Part shown: positions 52,256 to 64,000 of the stretch, piece after piece
Layout: every line of letters starts with the position of its first letter
Position numbering within the stretch: the stretch's first letter is position 1
Source: Carcharhinus amblyrhynchos
Lineage: Eukaryota
Assembly: GCA_965287045.1 (NCBI GenBank)
Contig: OZ336879.1
Location: 74,834,001 to 74,898,000, forward strand
Length of the DNA stretch: 64,000 nt
Reading direction: 5' to 3'
The notes under the pieces: generated by a model
Databases searched by the model: none
The model's input: the letters and a program-made list of their open reading frames with translations, nothing else
What the model was told of the DNA's origin: nothing
Program-made: the position numbers and the translations under genes

Positions 52256-53150
52256 ATGATGTGGAGATGTTGGTGTTGGGCTAAGGTGGGTACAGTAAGA
52301 AGTCTGTCAATACCAGGTTTAAGTCCAATGGGTTTATTCGGTATCACAAGCTTTTGGAGTGCTTACTCCTTCATCAGGTGAGTGGAGAGTTGGGTTCACC
52401 AATAGGACGTATATAGACACTGAATTACAAGATAATGGACAAAATGCGAGTCTTAACAAGTAATCAAGTCTTCACAGGTACAGACAATGCGAGTGGAGAG
52501 AGGGATGATCACAGGTTCAAGAGGTGTGAATTGTCTCAAGTCAGGACGGTTAGTAGGATGTTGCAAGCCTCAGTCAAATGGTGGGACCCTGGTTGAGGCC
52601 ATCTTCATCTGTGCGGAACTGAGCTATCAGTTTCTGCTTGGCGATTCTGCATTATCGTGTGTTTTAAAGGCTGTCTTGGAGAACACATACCTGAAGATTG
52701 GAGGCTGACTGCTGAAGTGTTCCCTGACAGGAAGGGAACAATCATGCCTGGTGATTATCGAGCGGTGTCCATTCATCCGTTGTCGTAGCATCTGCATGGT
52801 CTTGCCAATGTACCATGCCTTGGGATATCCTTTCCTGCAGCACGTGAGGTAGACAACATTGGCTGAGGCGCATGAGTATGTACCATGTACCTGTTGGATG
52901 GTGTTCTCATGTGTGATGGCATTCATGTCGATGATCTAGCACATCGTGCAGAGGTTGCTGTGGTAGGGTTGTGTGGTGCCATGGTTGCTATTCTCCTGAA
53001 GGCTGGGTAGCTTGTTGCAAACAATGGTCTGTTTGAGGTTGCGCGGTTGTTTGAAGGCTAGTAGTGGCAGTGTGGGGATGGTCTTGGCGAGATGTTCATT
53101 TTCATTGATGTTATGTTGAAAGCTCTGAAGATGTTGTAGCTTCTCCGCTC
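52256..53150 (-). mobile_element. Penelope-like element 3' part with GIY-YIG endonuclease and pseudo-LTR
   Basis: LAFKQPRNLKQ; SANVVYLTCCRKG..AWYIGKT.Q.LRQRMNGHR; hammerhead-like motif at 52345-52381. Confidence 0.88.
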
Positions 53151-53839
53151 CGCACGTGTGTACCTCTGGTCTTTTAGATACGTGTAAGGTGACAGCCAAT
53201 ACCAAATATGAAAGCTTAGTTTTGTGATTTTATCCACTATTAAATAACTACCAAGTTTGAGTTTTTAAACTGTTGTTGAGGAACATAATTTTTTTCAGTG
53301 GATTCTTGATGCTATTTGGTGATATAATATTATGAAATTGTTAATTTTTACTCCCTCATTCTTGATCTGCGTGTTTGCAATGAGTAACCAGTGAATGGTT
53401 AAATAGTTAAAATTGAAAATGTCATAATCTGAAGCAAATCCAATCATGATGGTATAAAAAAACCATTTGAAGCTTATTGTAGAAATTGTGCTCATAAAAA
53501 TGCTGCATTTCAGTGTTTCCTTTGTTGATTTCCAATTTATATGTTACATAGCACATAGGTAGCATCTTCCCTTATTGCTTTATAACATTTAAAAACCTGT
53601 GGTGGTAGCAGTTTATTCACAGGGTTTGAAAATCACCACTTTTATCCCAATCTATCTGATTAAATTGACTAAGTTATTGACTATATTTTCATTATATAAT
53701 GACACTTAATTGATGTGTACAAAAAGCAGGAGCTTAATGTTTACAATTGCAGTATTCCCCAATTGAATATCTGTTTTGCTTGAGTTTATCCAGCAAATAT
53801 TGAACCTTGGTGGGAGTCTAATTGTCCAAATATACAGTC

Positions 53840-54015
53840 GTTGGGTCAAAATCTTGGAACTCCCTCTCTAACAGCACTGTGGATAACTGTACTCTTGGAC
53901 TGCTGTGGTTCAAAAGGATAGCTCAGCCCTACTTTCTCTGGAGCAGTTAGGGCTAGATAATAAATGCCAACGTAGCCAGTGAAGCCCACATCTCTGGAAT
54001 GAATTTTTTTTTAAA
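53840..54015 (+). mobile_element. LINE 3' end (second family)
   Basis: ggaactccctctctaacagcactgtgg...taataaatgcc...cccacatc. Confidence 0.7.
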
Positions 54016-54539
54016 AAAGTAAAACACTCAGAATTATTTTCAACAAGTTAGGCTCTAATGGAGTATATTTACGGTGAGTAGTTTCTTGTATTGAACAAAT
54101 TTGTACTAAAGACAATGATTCATCATTCTTTTGGTTCAAATTTTCTGATGTTTTTCTTCTTTCACCTGGTTACTTCAAATATAAGAAGGAACTCCTCTGA
54201 GATAAGGGGCCATTACTCCCTGGCTCCCCAGTGTCAGATTTGTAGGGTACCCCAAAGATGTGCTGGGGAATCTCTCTCAGATGTTCTCATGTAAGGGTTT
54301 ACCTGGCAATGCTAACTTCATAATCATCTGAGGACCACTGCCTGCCTCTGTCTGACTGAACTGTTCTCACATTGAGCAATTTCTTCTTTGACAGCACTCA
54401 CTTTCTCAAAATAAAAGATAAGAACATGTATGTTTCCCAACAATGTGTCTGCCTTTTTGCGGATTATTGAAACAGCCTTTGTTCCAGTTTTATTTGGCTC
54501 CCCTCCCACACCCTTTTTTCAGTGCATTGTGCACTTTCC

Positions 54540-56620
54540 AGTCCTGTCCTGATTGGAAGATTGTCAGTTTCGCTTCCAATACCTCCTTTTGTGTGGTCCA
54601 CATCTGACTCTTATCTTCCCTTCCTCAACCTTTCTGTCTCCATTTCTTGGGCTTGATTATTTCCCAGTATCCACTCTGAAACTATTGACTTCCACCCTGT
54701 TTCCTTAAGCGCTCGATTCAATTCCCTCACTTTTTTACGTCTTCATTGTGTCAGTTCTGACACTGCCATCTTTCATATCTGTGCTTTGACATCACTTCAT
54801 TTTTCCTCAACCAAGGATTTCCCTCCACTGTGGTTGACAGAGCCCTCTAATATGTCAGTTCTATTCCTCATACATTTTCTTCCCTTCCACCCCATCGGTG
54901 ACATAGTCAATGAATGGTTCACTGCCATATCTGCCATTTCCTGTCTGATGTCACCACCAAACACAACTTCCCTTTCCCACCACTGCCTCTATCATCAGAA
55001 AAGAATAAACCACCCCACAACACCCTGGTTCACCCATCAATTACTCCGTTACCTTTTTGTGCAAGCACAGTAGATACCACACTTGCTGTTTTACTTTCTA
55101 TCACATCATCGTTATATAGGGTCCCAAACACACTTTCCAGATTTTTATTTTCAACATTTTCAGTTTAATCTGCTATATTCACTGCTTGCTTTGTGGCCTC
55201 TGCTACATTGAGTAGACCAAATTCAGGTTGGCTGACTGCTTTGTGGAATGATTCTGTTATGTCTGCCAGTGTGATCCTGAGCTTCTGGATGTCTATCACT
55301 TTAATTTTCTCCCACTGTGACCTCCCTCTCTCGGGTTTCCTATGTTGTTCTGATGAAGTTTAAAGTAAGCTTGAGGAACAACACCTCATCTTTAAATTGG
55401 ACTTTTGCAGCCTTCTGGACTCAAAAAAGGAAAAAGGAGTTCAACAGTTTCAAATAATGACTTTTGCCCTATGTTTGTGGACAGCAAGCGTTCCTAATGA
55501 TTCTACTGATTCCATTTACACATTCCTTTGGGCCCATCTTTTTTCAAAACTTGTCACATTTCTATCTCCTTTGACTTTGTACTATTTGTCATTTAATCCC
55601 TTCTGCCTTCCACTCAACAATTATCTTCCCTCTTTATTCTTTCTCCACTGCTCAGCTTTACTTGCTCCTGTACTTAAAGTCTGCTGCATAAGAACATAAG
55701 AACATAGAAATAAGAGCAGGAGTAGGCCAACTAGCCCTTCGAACCTGCCCCGCCATTCAATAAGATCATGGCTGATCTGTTGTGGCTCAGTTCCACATTC
55801 CCGCCCTCTCCCCATAACCCTTAATCCCCTCTCCTATCAAAAACCCATCAACCCGCGTCTTAAAAATATTTAGCGAGGTAGCCTCCACCACTTCAACGGG
55901 CAGAGAATTCCAGAGATTCACCACCCTTTGAGTGAAGAAGTTCCTCCTCAACTCCGTTCTAAACCGCCCCCCCTTTATCTTGAGGCTGTGCCCCCTAGTC
56001 CTGCTATCCTTTGAGCGGGAAGAGTCTCTCCACCTCTATCCTATCCATCCCATTCATCATCTTATACGTCTCAATGAGATCTCCCCTCATTCTTCTAAAC
56101 TCTAACGAGTACAAGCCTAATTTATTCAGCCTCTCCTCATAGCTCAACCCCCTCAACTCCGGTATCAGCCTAGTAAACCTCCTCTGCACTCCCTCCAAGG
56201 CCAAAATATCCTTGCGTAAGTACGGCGCCCAAAACTGCACACAGTACTCCAGCTGCGGCCTCACCAATGCCCTATACAGCCGCAGCAAGACCTCCCTACT
56301 TTTATATTCAATCCCCCTCGCTATGAAGGCCAGCATCCCATTTGCCTTCCTGACCACCTGCAGGCTGGGTTTTTGCGACTCATGCACAAGGACCCCGAGG
56401 TCCCTCTGCACTGTCGCCTGCTGCAGTTTTTCTCCACGTAAGTAATAATCCTTCCTACCATTATTCCTACCAAAGTGGACCATCTGTAACTCTTTCCATT
56501 TCTGAAAGGTTGTTGGCCTGAAACACACATACGATTTCACTCTCCATGGAACCTGTCTGACCCATTTCAAAGTTTTCAGTTTTGTTTCTGATTTCCAGGA
56601 TCCAGAGTGTTTTGCTTTCT
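54540..56620 (+). mobile_element. Degenerate Penelope element, interrupted by young CR1
   Basis: SIPSLFLRL-like RT thumb region and CYIHCLLCGLCYIE GIY-YIG remnant (~55165-55260); pseudo-LTR continues after 56483. Confidence 0.6.
55688..56483 (-). mobile_element. Young 5'-truncated CR1 LINE
   Basis: ORF 56004-56570 is nearly identical to the 14757-15518 copy; tail (ttatgttc)n. Confidence 0.95.
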
Positions 56621-56789
56621 TATTAATTCTTCTTGACAGGTTTAAAGCTTAGATGTTATTTTTCAAATGCTATGCTTCAGTGAAATGTTTCTGTTAGGTA
56701 TATACAATGAAACCAACACAATTAACACGTCAGCAATTGACATTTGTGGCATGATGTGGTAAAATATCCTGAAGCGCTCAGCGGTGTGT

Positions 56790-57260
56790 AATACAACTGC
56801 AGTGATTCAAGAGACAGCTCACCACCACTTTCTCAAAGGGCAACGAGGGATGGACAGTGAATGCTGGCCAGCCAGCAATGCCCATGTCCCATGAATGAAT
56901 CAAAAAAATTGATAACTGCATAATGAAATGACTTGGTCAAAGACATAAGTTTTGAGGAGCGACTTCAAGGAAGGACAAGTTTAGGAAAGAAAATCCAGAG
57001 CTTCAGGCCTTGCCAGCTGCTGGTGAGTACAATTCAAATTAGGCACAAAGGATTCGAATTGGAGTATTGTAGAGATTTCTAAGAATGTAGCAATGGAAAT
57101 AGTAATGAAGATGAAATTTGAAAATAAAGATGAAAATTCTAAAATGGAACTGTGGCTCGATAAGGAGCCACTGTAACTCACCCGGACAAGGATGAGTGGT
57201 ACTTGGTGCAAGTTAGGATATGGCTGGTCAAGTTTTGGCTGAGTTTAAGCCTTTGGAGAT
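56790..57260. mobile_element. LINE 3' tail (plus) and old L2 fragment (minus)
   Basis: cagctcaccaccacttt...cccatgaatgaat; then L2-like aaatccagagcttcaggcc. Confidence 0.5.
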
Positions 57261-58384
57261 CCAAAGGCATAAAGAGTAATTGTATGGACTGATTTTACCA
57301 TCATTTAAACTTTTTATAATGCAAAAATATAATTTATATGCTACATCACAATTTATTGAGGAAATTGATGCATCTGTTTCTGGAAGTAATAATGTGAACT
57401 ATTTACTTGAATGAGATTTAAACTAGGAAGGGAATCACTAAATGCAGAAAATAGTATATTTACATAAGTGATTTAACTAAATGTTTTGAAACTTCAATAA
57501 ATTTGTGTAATTTGTTATAAATAAGAGCAGTTCATAGAATTTGACAAGGTTATAGAGTAAATTTTGATTTTTCTTGTAGGCTTAAGTAAGATATTTTCTT
57601 CAGTTTTATTTGTACTTGTTACTGATGGTGCTTTTTCAAAAATGCTCTGTCAGAGAATACTTTTGCAAACTCAGTTGAGTTCATTGTGTTTGTGAAAGGT
57701 AGACTTTGTTATCAAAGTGGTTAAAACCTCAACATGCTTCTCCCTGTGCAGGCAGTGTTCTCTTTGTCCGTACTTGGAACTTGGCATCAGGTACTTGGAA
57801 CTAAGTTGTTCAGCTGGCTTTTTTGTCAATGTGCCACACGTAACTGGTTATAGACCCTGTAGATGTAAATTATGTTATAAAATGTGTAAATAGCATCCAG
57901 CAAAAACTTAATCTTTAAATCCCCAGTTTTTCATAAACTGATCCATAGCTAACAAAAGAAAATATTTAATTTCTGAATGTTTTTAACATTTAACTTTCTC
58001 TTCAGAGAAGGAATAGAACTTTTGGCGTGTTAATGTAAATTGAATGCAGCAATATTGACGTAGAGGTTGCTGGAATGGCACAATTTGAAGTGGATGATAT
58101 GAATTGGACTTCTTCCTTGCTCTACAGATTTGTGCTGAAATTTGCTGGGAATATAAATTAATAATAGTGTAACAATGGCAGTACTGCATTGGGATCTTTT
58201 CAACATTGTGTCCAATGATCTATCTTCTAAGCCAATAAAATTTAAGAATGCAAAGAAGCAGGTAAAGGAAATGACATGAATCAGAATCAAAAGTAAAGAA
58301 AGAGAAATGAAGTGATTAAGAGAGTGGTTAGAAAGAAAAAGCAAGATGATTTAAGAGAGAAGATGTAGAAAGTCAGTTGTTTAT

Positions 58385-58485
58385 TGTGAAACAAAAACAG
58401 AAAATACTGGAAAATCTCAACAGGTCTGACAGCATCTGTGGAGAGAGAATAGAGCCAACATTTTGGGTTTGGATGACTCTTAGAC
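58385..58485. repeat. One arm of the palindromic Penelope-associated repeat
   Basis: aaaacagaaaatactggaaaatctcaacaggtctgacagcatctgtggagagagaatagag. Confidence 0.7.
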
Positions 58486-59659
58486 CATTTTTTACTTTCT
58501 ATTGCTTTTATCTTGTTATTACAGTTGTGTATGCTACTGATCCTTGGGTGAATAATAACTGGCAGGATCGGTTGGCAAGATGGGTGTGCAAAAGGTATTG
58601 ATATTTTTATTTGTACATAGATTTATTTCAGAAAATCATTTTGGGATGCAATCTAATTTACATTACTGAGTGTCAAAAACAACTTCACAGTTGAAAGTCA
58701 TTAATTGTTATCTGTATGCCTAGATTTTCACAAAATATAACTCAGATATTTCTTGTGAACTAATTCACAAATTGCTGGAGTGAAATTCTGCAGCTTCATT
58801 TTGGGCTTCTAAGTTTGCATTTTGCATTCTGACCATAACTCACATCATTCTTAGAGTTCTTACAACATGAATTATCAGCCCCAAATAGTAGCAGTGAGAT
58901 TAATTTGCATTTAGGATGTAAATTCCATGACGTGCAAATAATTTCAATTAAGCAACTCTGAGTGATGTTGCAATTCTTTTTCTGGTTTGGTGAGAATAAT
59001 CATCAAGCAATTTGCAGACCATCTGAACTCGAGTTGTTTCCACTCTGCCAAATTGCTGGATTTTTTTTCAACATTATTTATTTGTTCCGAACTTTGATTC
59101 TCTTTGTATCCTTAAGAGAGCTAAGTTACTACTAATTCATCTGTCTACAGTTTTTGAATTTTTCCTGTGATTTATAGCTACATCTGTGTTGTGCTTTAAG
59201 TCAGTTTCCAAAGGTGAGAACCATGACAACAAAGAATGTGAATTTTTATACAGATCACCCCTCTTTGTTTGAATTATGATACAGTCCTTCCACAACTAAT
59301 GTAACTTGCCATTGACTTTTCACTCTGGGCTTAAAGCAGATGAGGAATAAAATTATGTAATTTCATGAATTCTTAGAATAATCAAGGCCATTGATTTACA
59401 ATTTTTACATTAGTAAGCACATAATTGTAAAGGTTGAGCTACAAATATACCTAACCTTATTATAATGTGCGATTCAAATGTGCTTCACTCTGTAATACTG
59501 CAAGCTACAAGTTCCAATCAATGTACATAGCGTGAAACTATACTATGAATTAAGAAAAAAGAACTGCCATCGAAAACTCCTTTTGTGCTCCCAAGAAGTG
59601 ACTATGAAACAAAAAGTAGCTAAAGAGGCAGATAAGTCAAAGTGGTATGTTTTAACAAC

Positions 59660-60980
59660 AACAAATAACTTTTATCTGCATGGAAGTTTTATGGTGTTTA
59701 AAATATTAAGATGTTCATGGGTACTTTATCAAACAAAGAGGTATGAGAAAATTTGAACAAAATGTTTTATGGAGCATCTTAAAGGAGGAAGAAGAGATGC
59801 AGATAATTGTCCAGCAGTTAGTAGACCATCTAAATTGAAGAGCCAAGAGCCTTGGCAGCTGAAGTTATGGCTGTAAGTAAAATTATTCAAGAGCCCAGAA
59901 TTGGAGGCACACACATTTCTTCCTCAAACTGATTTGAATTGAGATAATGGAGGAATTTAAAAACCAGGGCGCGATATTAAAATTTGAGGCATTCCTTAAC
60001 TAGGAACCAGTGTAGGTCAACACACACATGGGTAATGAATGAACAGATTTGGTATGAATTAGAACATGGATGATGATATTTTGGATGACTCCAAATTTGT
60101 GATGAATAGAAAGTGGGAGACTGGCCAAGGAGTAAGGTTTCAGTAGCAAAACTGAGAAGTGGAGAGAATGGTAAAGATGCTTAGCATGGAACTTCCAGAA
60201 TTTAAAGCCCAGGCAGTTAATGGCAACTATTTCAGTGATGAAACATTGGAACTCTTTAAATTGGCAGTGCTCAAATTGCCTGAATTGGAGTGTAGGAACC
60301 TGAAGACTGTAGGGATAGTGGGATTGCTGAAATAGGGAGATTTGAATTTGAATGAAAATTTTAAACTGGAAACGTTGGAACTAGAGCAAATGTAGATTGG
60401 CGAACATATATCGACAGCACTTGGTGTGAGTTAACAAATGAACAGCAACTTTTTGGACCAACTGGCTTAGGAAGGATGGACGATCAGCTGCAGACCATAA
60501 TTGAGTATGGAAGCAACCAAACCATGTATGAAAGCTTCAGTTGTAGGTAAATTGAAGTGAGGTGTCGAGATTTATCATGGATTAGGTAGTATGCAGCCTT
60601 AATGAAGGAGAGGACACAGGGCTGAAAACTCCTCTCTGGTGAAGACAACAAGAACAGTCTGGTTCACTTTGAGACAGTTACAAAATTATGGAATTTCTGT
60701 TGAGGAACTGAAGGTGCTAAACTAACGGGACAGCAGCAATGGAAATAGGAGGAATTAGGAACAGTGGGAAGAAGATAAAATGAGGCCCAGGATCAGGGCC
60801 TATCACTTACCTGAGAAGATAGTAAAAATGGAACTTCGTGTCTTGAGTTTGAGAAAGCTGGAGGGGAAACAAGTGATGTCATGGAAAATCTGAGAGTTGA
60901 CTGGCTTGTGAAAATTGCTACTGTGTTTCCTTTCTCCAAAATTAGGGACAGGGTCTAATAGCTGGGAGGTTAAAAATTTT
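59660..60980 (-). mobile_element. Old L2 LINE fragments
   Basis: acaacaacaaataacttttat tail; gagccttggcagctgaag; ggaacttccagaatttaaagcccaggcag. Confidence 0.5.
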
Positions 60981-61099
60981 ATGTGAAGCATTGTTAGGTT
61001 CCCTATGTTTAAGTGACATCAACAAAAGGGACGTGATTAGCTATTGAGGTTTTTTTAAGAAGCAAGGTTTATTTGTACAAGCAATGTTTATTATCTAAT

Positions 61100-62725
61100 A
61101 GAGGAGTGGCAGGGCTGCTCAAATCTCTAGAATGCATATCCTGTTGTTGTGTGGGAACTCCAGGACACTTCCTGTCCAGGATGATCATATGTGACGTCAG
61201 TTGCAGCAGCTTTGAGCTCTGGGTTTCAACATGTGAGTAAAACCTGGTATCATATTACATCCATTAGGTTAAGAACTTTTGTGGACAGCATATTTCTAGA
61301 TGTGGTCACACTGCAGTTTAAATGTATGCAGGGAGAGAAGGAATTGGTGACTATACCAGATGAGAGTCCCCTGAGTGCAGTGCAATCAGTTGTGAATACT
61401 AATGAAACCCCAGAGGGATCAAGAACAGAATCTCTTTGACGAGAGAGAGGGAACAAAAAAGGTGCAATTGTATTGCTCGTTGTAGTCTATAGACGACCAA
61501 CTGTTAGAAAAGAAGTAAAGGATCAAATTTGTAAGGAAATCAGAGTAGGGCAAGAGATTAGTTATAATATATTAGCTATAATTAGTTGAAGGATCCAAAT
61601 ATAAACTAGAATAGTAATCATGTCAAGGGTTAAAAAAGGGCAAGAATTCCTAGAGTACATTCAGGAAAGCTTTCTATGGCATTATTTTCCAGTCCAATGA
61701 GAAAAGAAGCACTGATGGACCTGGTTCTTGAGATTAAGGTGAACAAGTGGATCAGTGTCAGTCTGACAACAATTGGAGGACACTGATTATAAGGTGGGCT
61801 ATGGTGAAGGTTGAGGAACAATCTAGAATAAGCCAACCTGACCCAGATAAATTAGAATCAAAAATTGGTAGACAAAATGTTGGCTGAACAATCGGCTGCC
61901 TTTAAAGAAAAGAGTTTGGATGCATTCATGGTATATCCCCACTAAATTGAAAGGCAGGGCAAACAAATCCAGAGCTTCCTGGATGACAAAAGATATAATG
62001 ATGACGATCAAAAAGTGTGTTTGTGATCGATGTCAGATGGATAATCCATCTAAGTTCAGAGGGTATTGGAAAAGCAAATCAGAGAAACAAAGACAGTATG
62101 AGAAGAAACCACAGCTAACATAAAAAGGAATCTACAAATTTTCTATAGGCAGACATAGAAATATTAGATGGATGGTAAAAAGAGTGGGCCAATTAGAGAT
62201 GAAGAAGAGAATTTATATATTTGAGGCAGGGGGTAGAGCTGAAGTATTTAATACTTGGGTCTGGCTTTGCCAAGGAAGAAGATGCTGTACAGCCAATTCA
62301 AACATTGGAAACATTTAAAATTGATAAGGTGTTGGATACACAGTCAGTACATAAAGTTGATAAGGCACCAGGACTGAATGAACTCAATCCAATGGTACTG
62401 TGCAATATGAGAGTGAAGATTGTGGAGGCATTGACCAAATTTTTCCAGTCTTCCTTAGACGTGGGTGGTGTCAGAGGACTGGAGAATTACAAACAATATG
62501 CCCTTGTTCAGGAACGCAGGCCAGTCAGTATGTTAAACTTGTCAAAAATAATAATTCAGGGCAAAAATTAATAGTCACTTGGGCAAATACAGGACAGTTA
62601 AGGAAACTGTCATGGATTTATTAGGGGCAAATCATATCTGTTTAACTTGCAGGAGTTTTTTGATGAGGTTACAGAGAGGATTGATGAGGGCAATGTTGTG
62701 TACATTGACTTCCAAAAGACATTTG
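61100..62725 (+). mobile_element. Degenerate CR1 ORF1/ORF2
   Basis: VVYRRP endonuclease motif, DKAPGL.ELNPMVL, YIDFQKTFD. Confidence 0.7.
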
Positions 62726-63229
62726 ATCCCCATCCAATTGATTCTAGGCTTTTCTTTTCAGAATTAAGTATTATCACCTTTGGAGCTTTGCCTCTGCATG
62801 GTCCTGACTAACTTGAGATTTTTCTATTCTTCAAACTGTTTGAAATCCAACCTTTATTTTTAAGGGCAATCTGCAAAGGAGTACTTTCTGAAACTTGCTG
62901 TACACTATTTAAAGAATGCATACATTGTCCTTCCTATGATGGTTAGATTGTGCAATGAATAAAACACCTATCAAAAAATGATTATTATTAAGCTGGTGAT
63001 GTTTTGCCTTGTGTTAACCAATTTGCATTTTGATTTGGCTGTTTTCTATATGCTTATCTAGATGTATCCATTCCTTGATGATTAAGTACTAATATATGTG
63101 TAAACTGACAAAAATAACATCGTTAGCTTGTTTCTCTGCATTTCCTTTTTAATATTTTTGACTTAATGGGGAATGAGTCCTTCAGTATTGATAAAATGGA
63201 TAGTACCAATCCACTGTTTTTATAAATTA

Positions 63230-64000
63230 CAGTAGAAGTGATGGAGGGAAGTTATGCATGGAGCCACAGGAAGTGGGTGAGATCCTTAATGAGTACCTTG
63301 TATTAGTATTACTAAGGAGAAGGACATGATGGATGTTGAGGTCAGGGATAAGTGAGTGAATGCTCCAGAGAATGTCAATATGTTGAAGGAGGAAGTATTG
63401 GGTATTGTAAATTGCATTAAGACAGGCAAGTTCCCAGGCCCATTGGGATCTATCCCAGGCTTTGTGGGAGGCAAGGGAAGAAATAGCTGGGGCCTTAACA
63501 GATATCTTCACATCCTCTTTGACCACAGGTGAGGTTCTAGAGGACTGGACAATAGCCAATGTTGTTCCCGTGCTTAAGAAGGGAAGCAGGGAAAATCCAG
63601 GAAATTATAGACTGGTGAGCTTGACATCAGTGGTGGCAAATGTTGAAGATACCAAGGGACAGGATATGTCACATTTGAAGGAAAATGGACCAGTTAGTAA
63701 CAAGCAGCATGGGTTTTATACGGGGGAAAGTCACGTCTCACCAGCTTAATTGAGTTTTGAGGAAGTGACAAAAATAATTGAGGGAAGGGCTGTGGATGTA
63801 GAGTAAGGCATTTGACAAAGTCCCACACAGGCAGATTGGTACAAAAAACTAAAATCACATGGGATTTGGGGTGAGCTGGCTAGATGGATACAAAACTGGC
63901 TTGTTATAGAGGACAGGGTAGTGGTGAAAGGGTATTTTTCAGAATGGAGACCTGTAATTAGTGGTATTCCACAGGGATCAGTGCTGGGACCTCCCTATCA
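63230..64000 (+). mobile_element. CR1 LINE ORF2 (RT N-terminal part), truncated by the window end
   Basis: WEAREEIAGALTDIF...ANVVPVLKKGSRENPGNYRLVSLTSVV, KAFDKVPH, PQGSVLGP. Confidence 0.9.

Overview
Vertebrate nuclear DNA, almost certainly from a cartilaginous fish (shark), judged by HE1-type V-SINEs, SacSINE1/DeuSINE-like fragments and abundant CR1, L2, Penelope and Gypsy relics. The only protein-coding sequence I can identify is the first coding exon of CDK8 (39345-39472, + strand). It lies in a CpG island and is followed by a repeat-filled intron 1 running to the end of the window. A second CpG island at about 23.3-23.8 kb looks like the promoter and first exon of a divergently transcribed minus-strand gene, possibly RNF6 by vertebrate synteny; no RNF6 coding exon is visible. 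Much of the rest is transposon debris, often nested. The most unusual object is a ~293-bp polyadenylated retroposed element (21309-21601, minus strand) built from three pieces of the U2 snRNA 5' end and five tandem hairpins, a candidate U2-derived SINE (SINEU-like). Repeat boundaries are read by eye and approximate; family names come from recalled consensus motifs, not from database searches.
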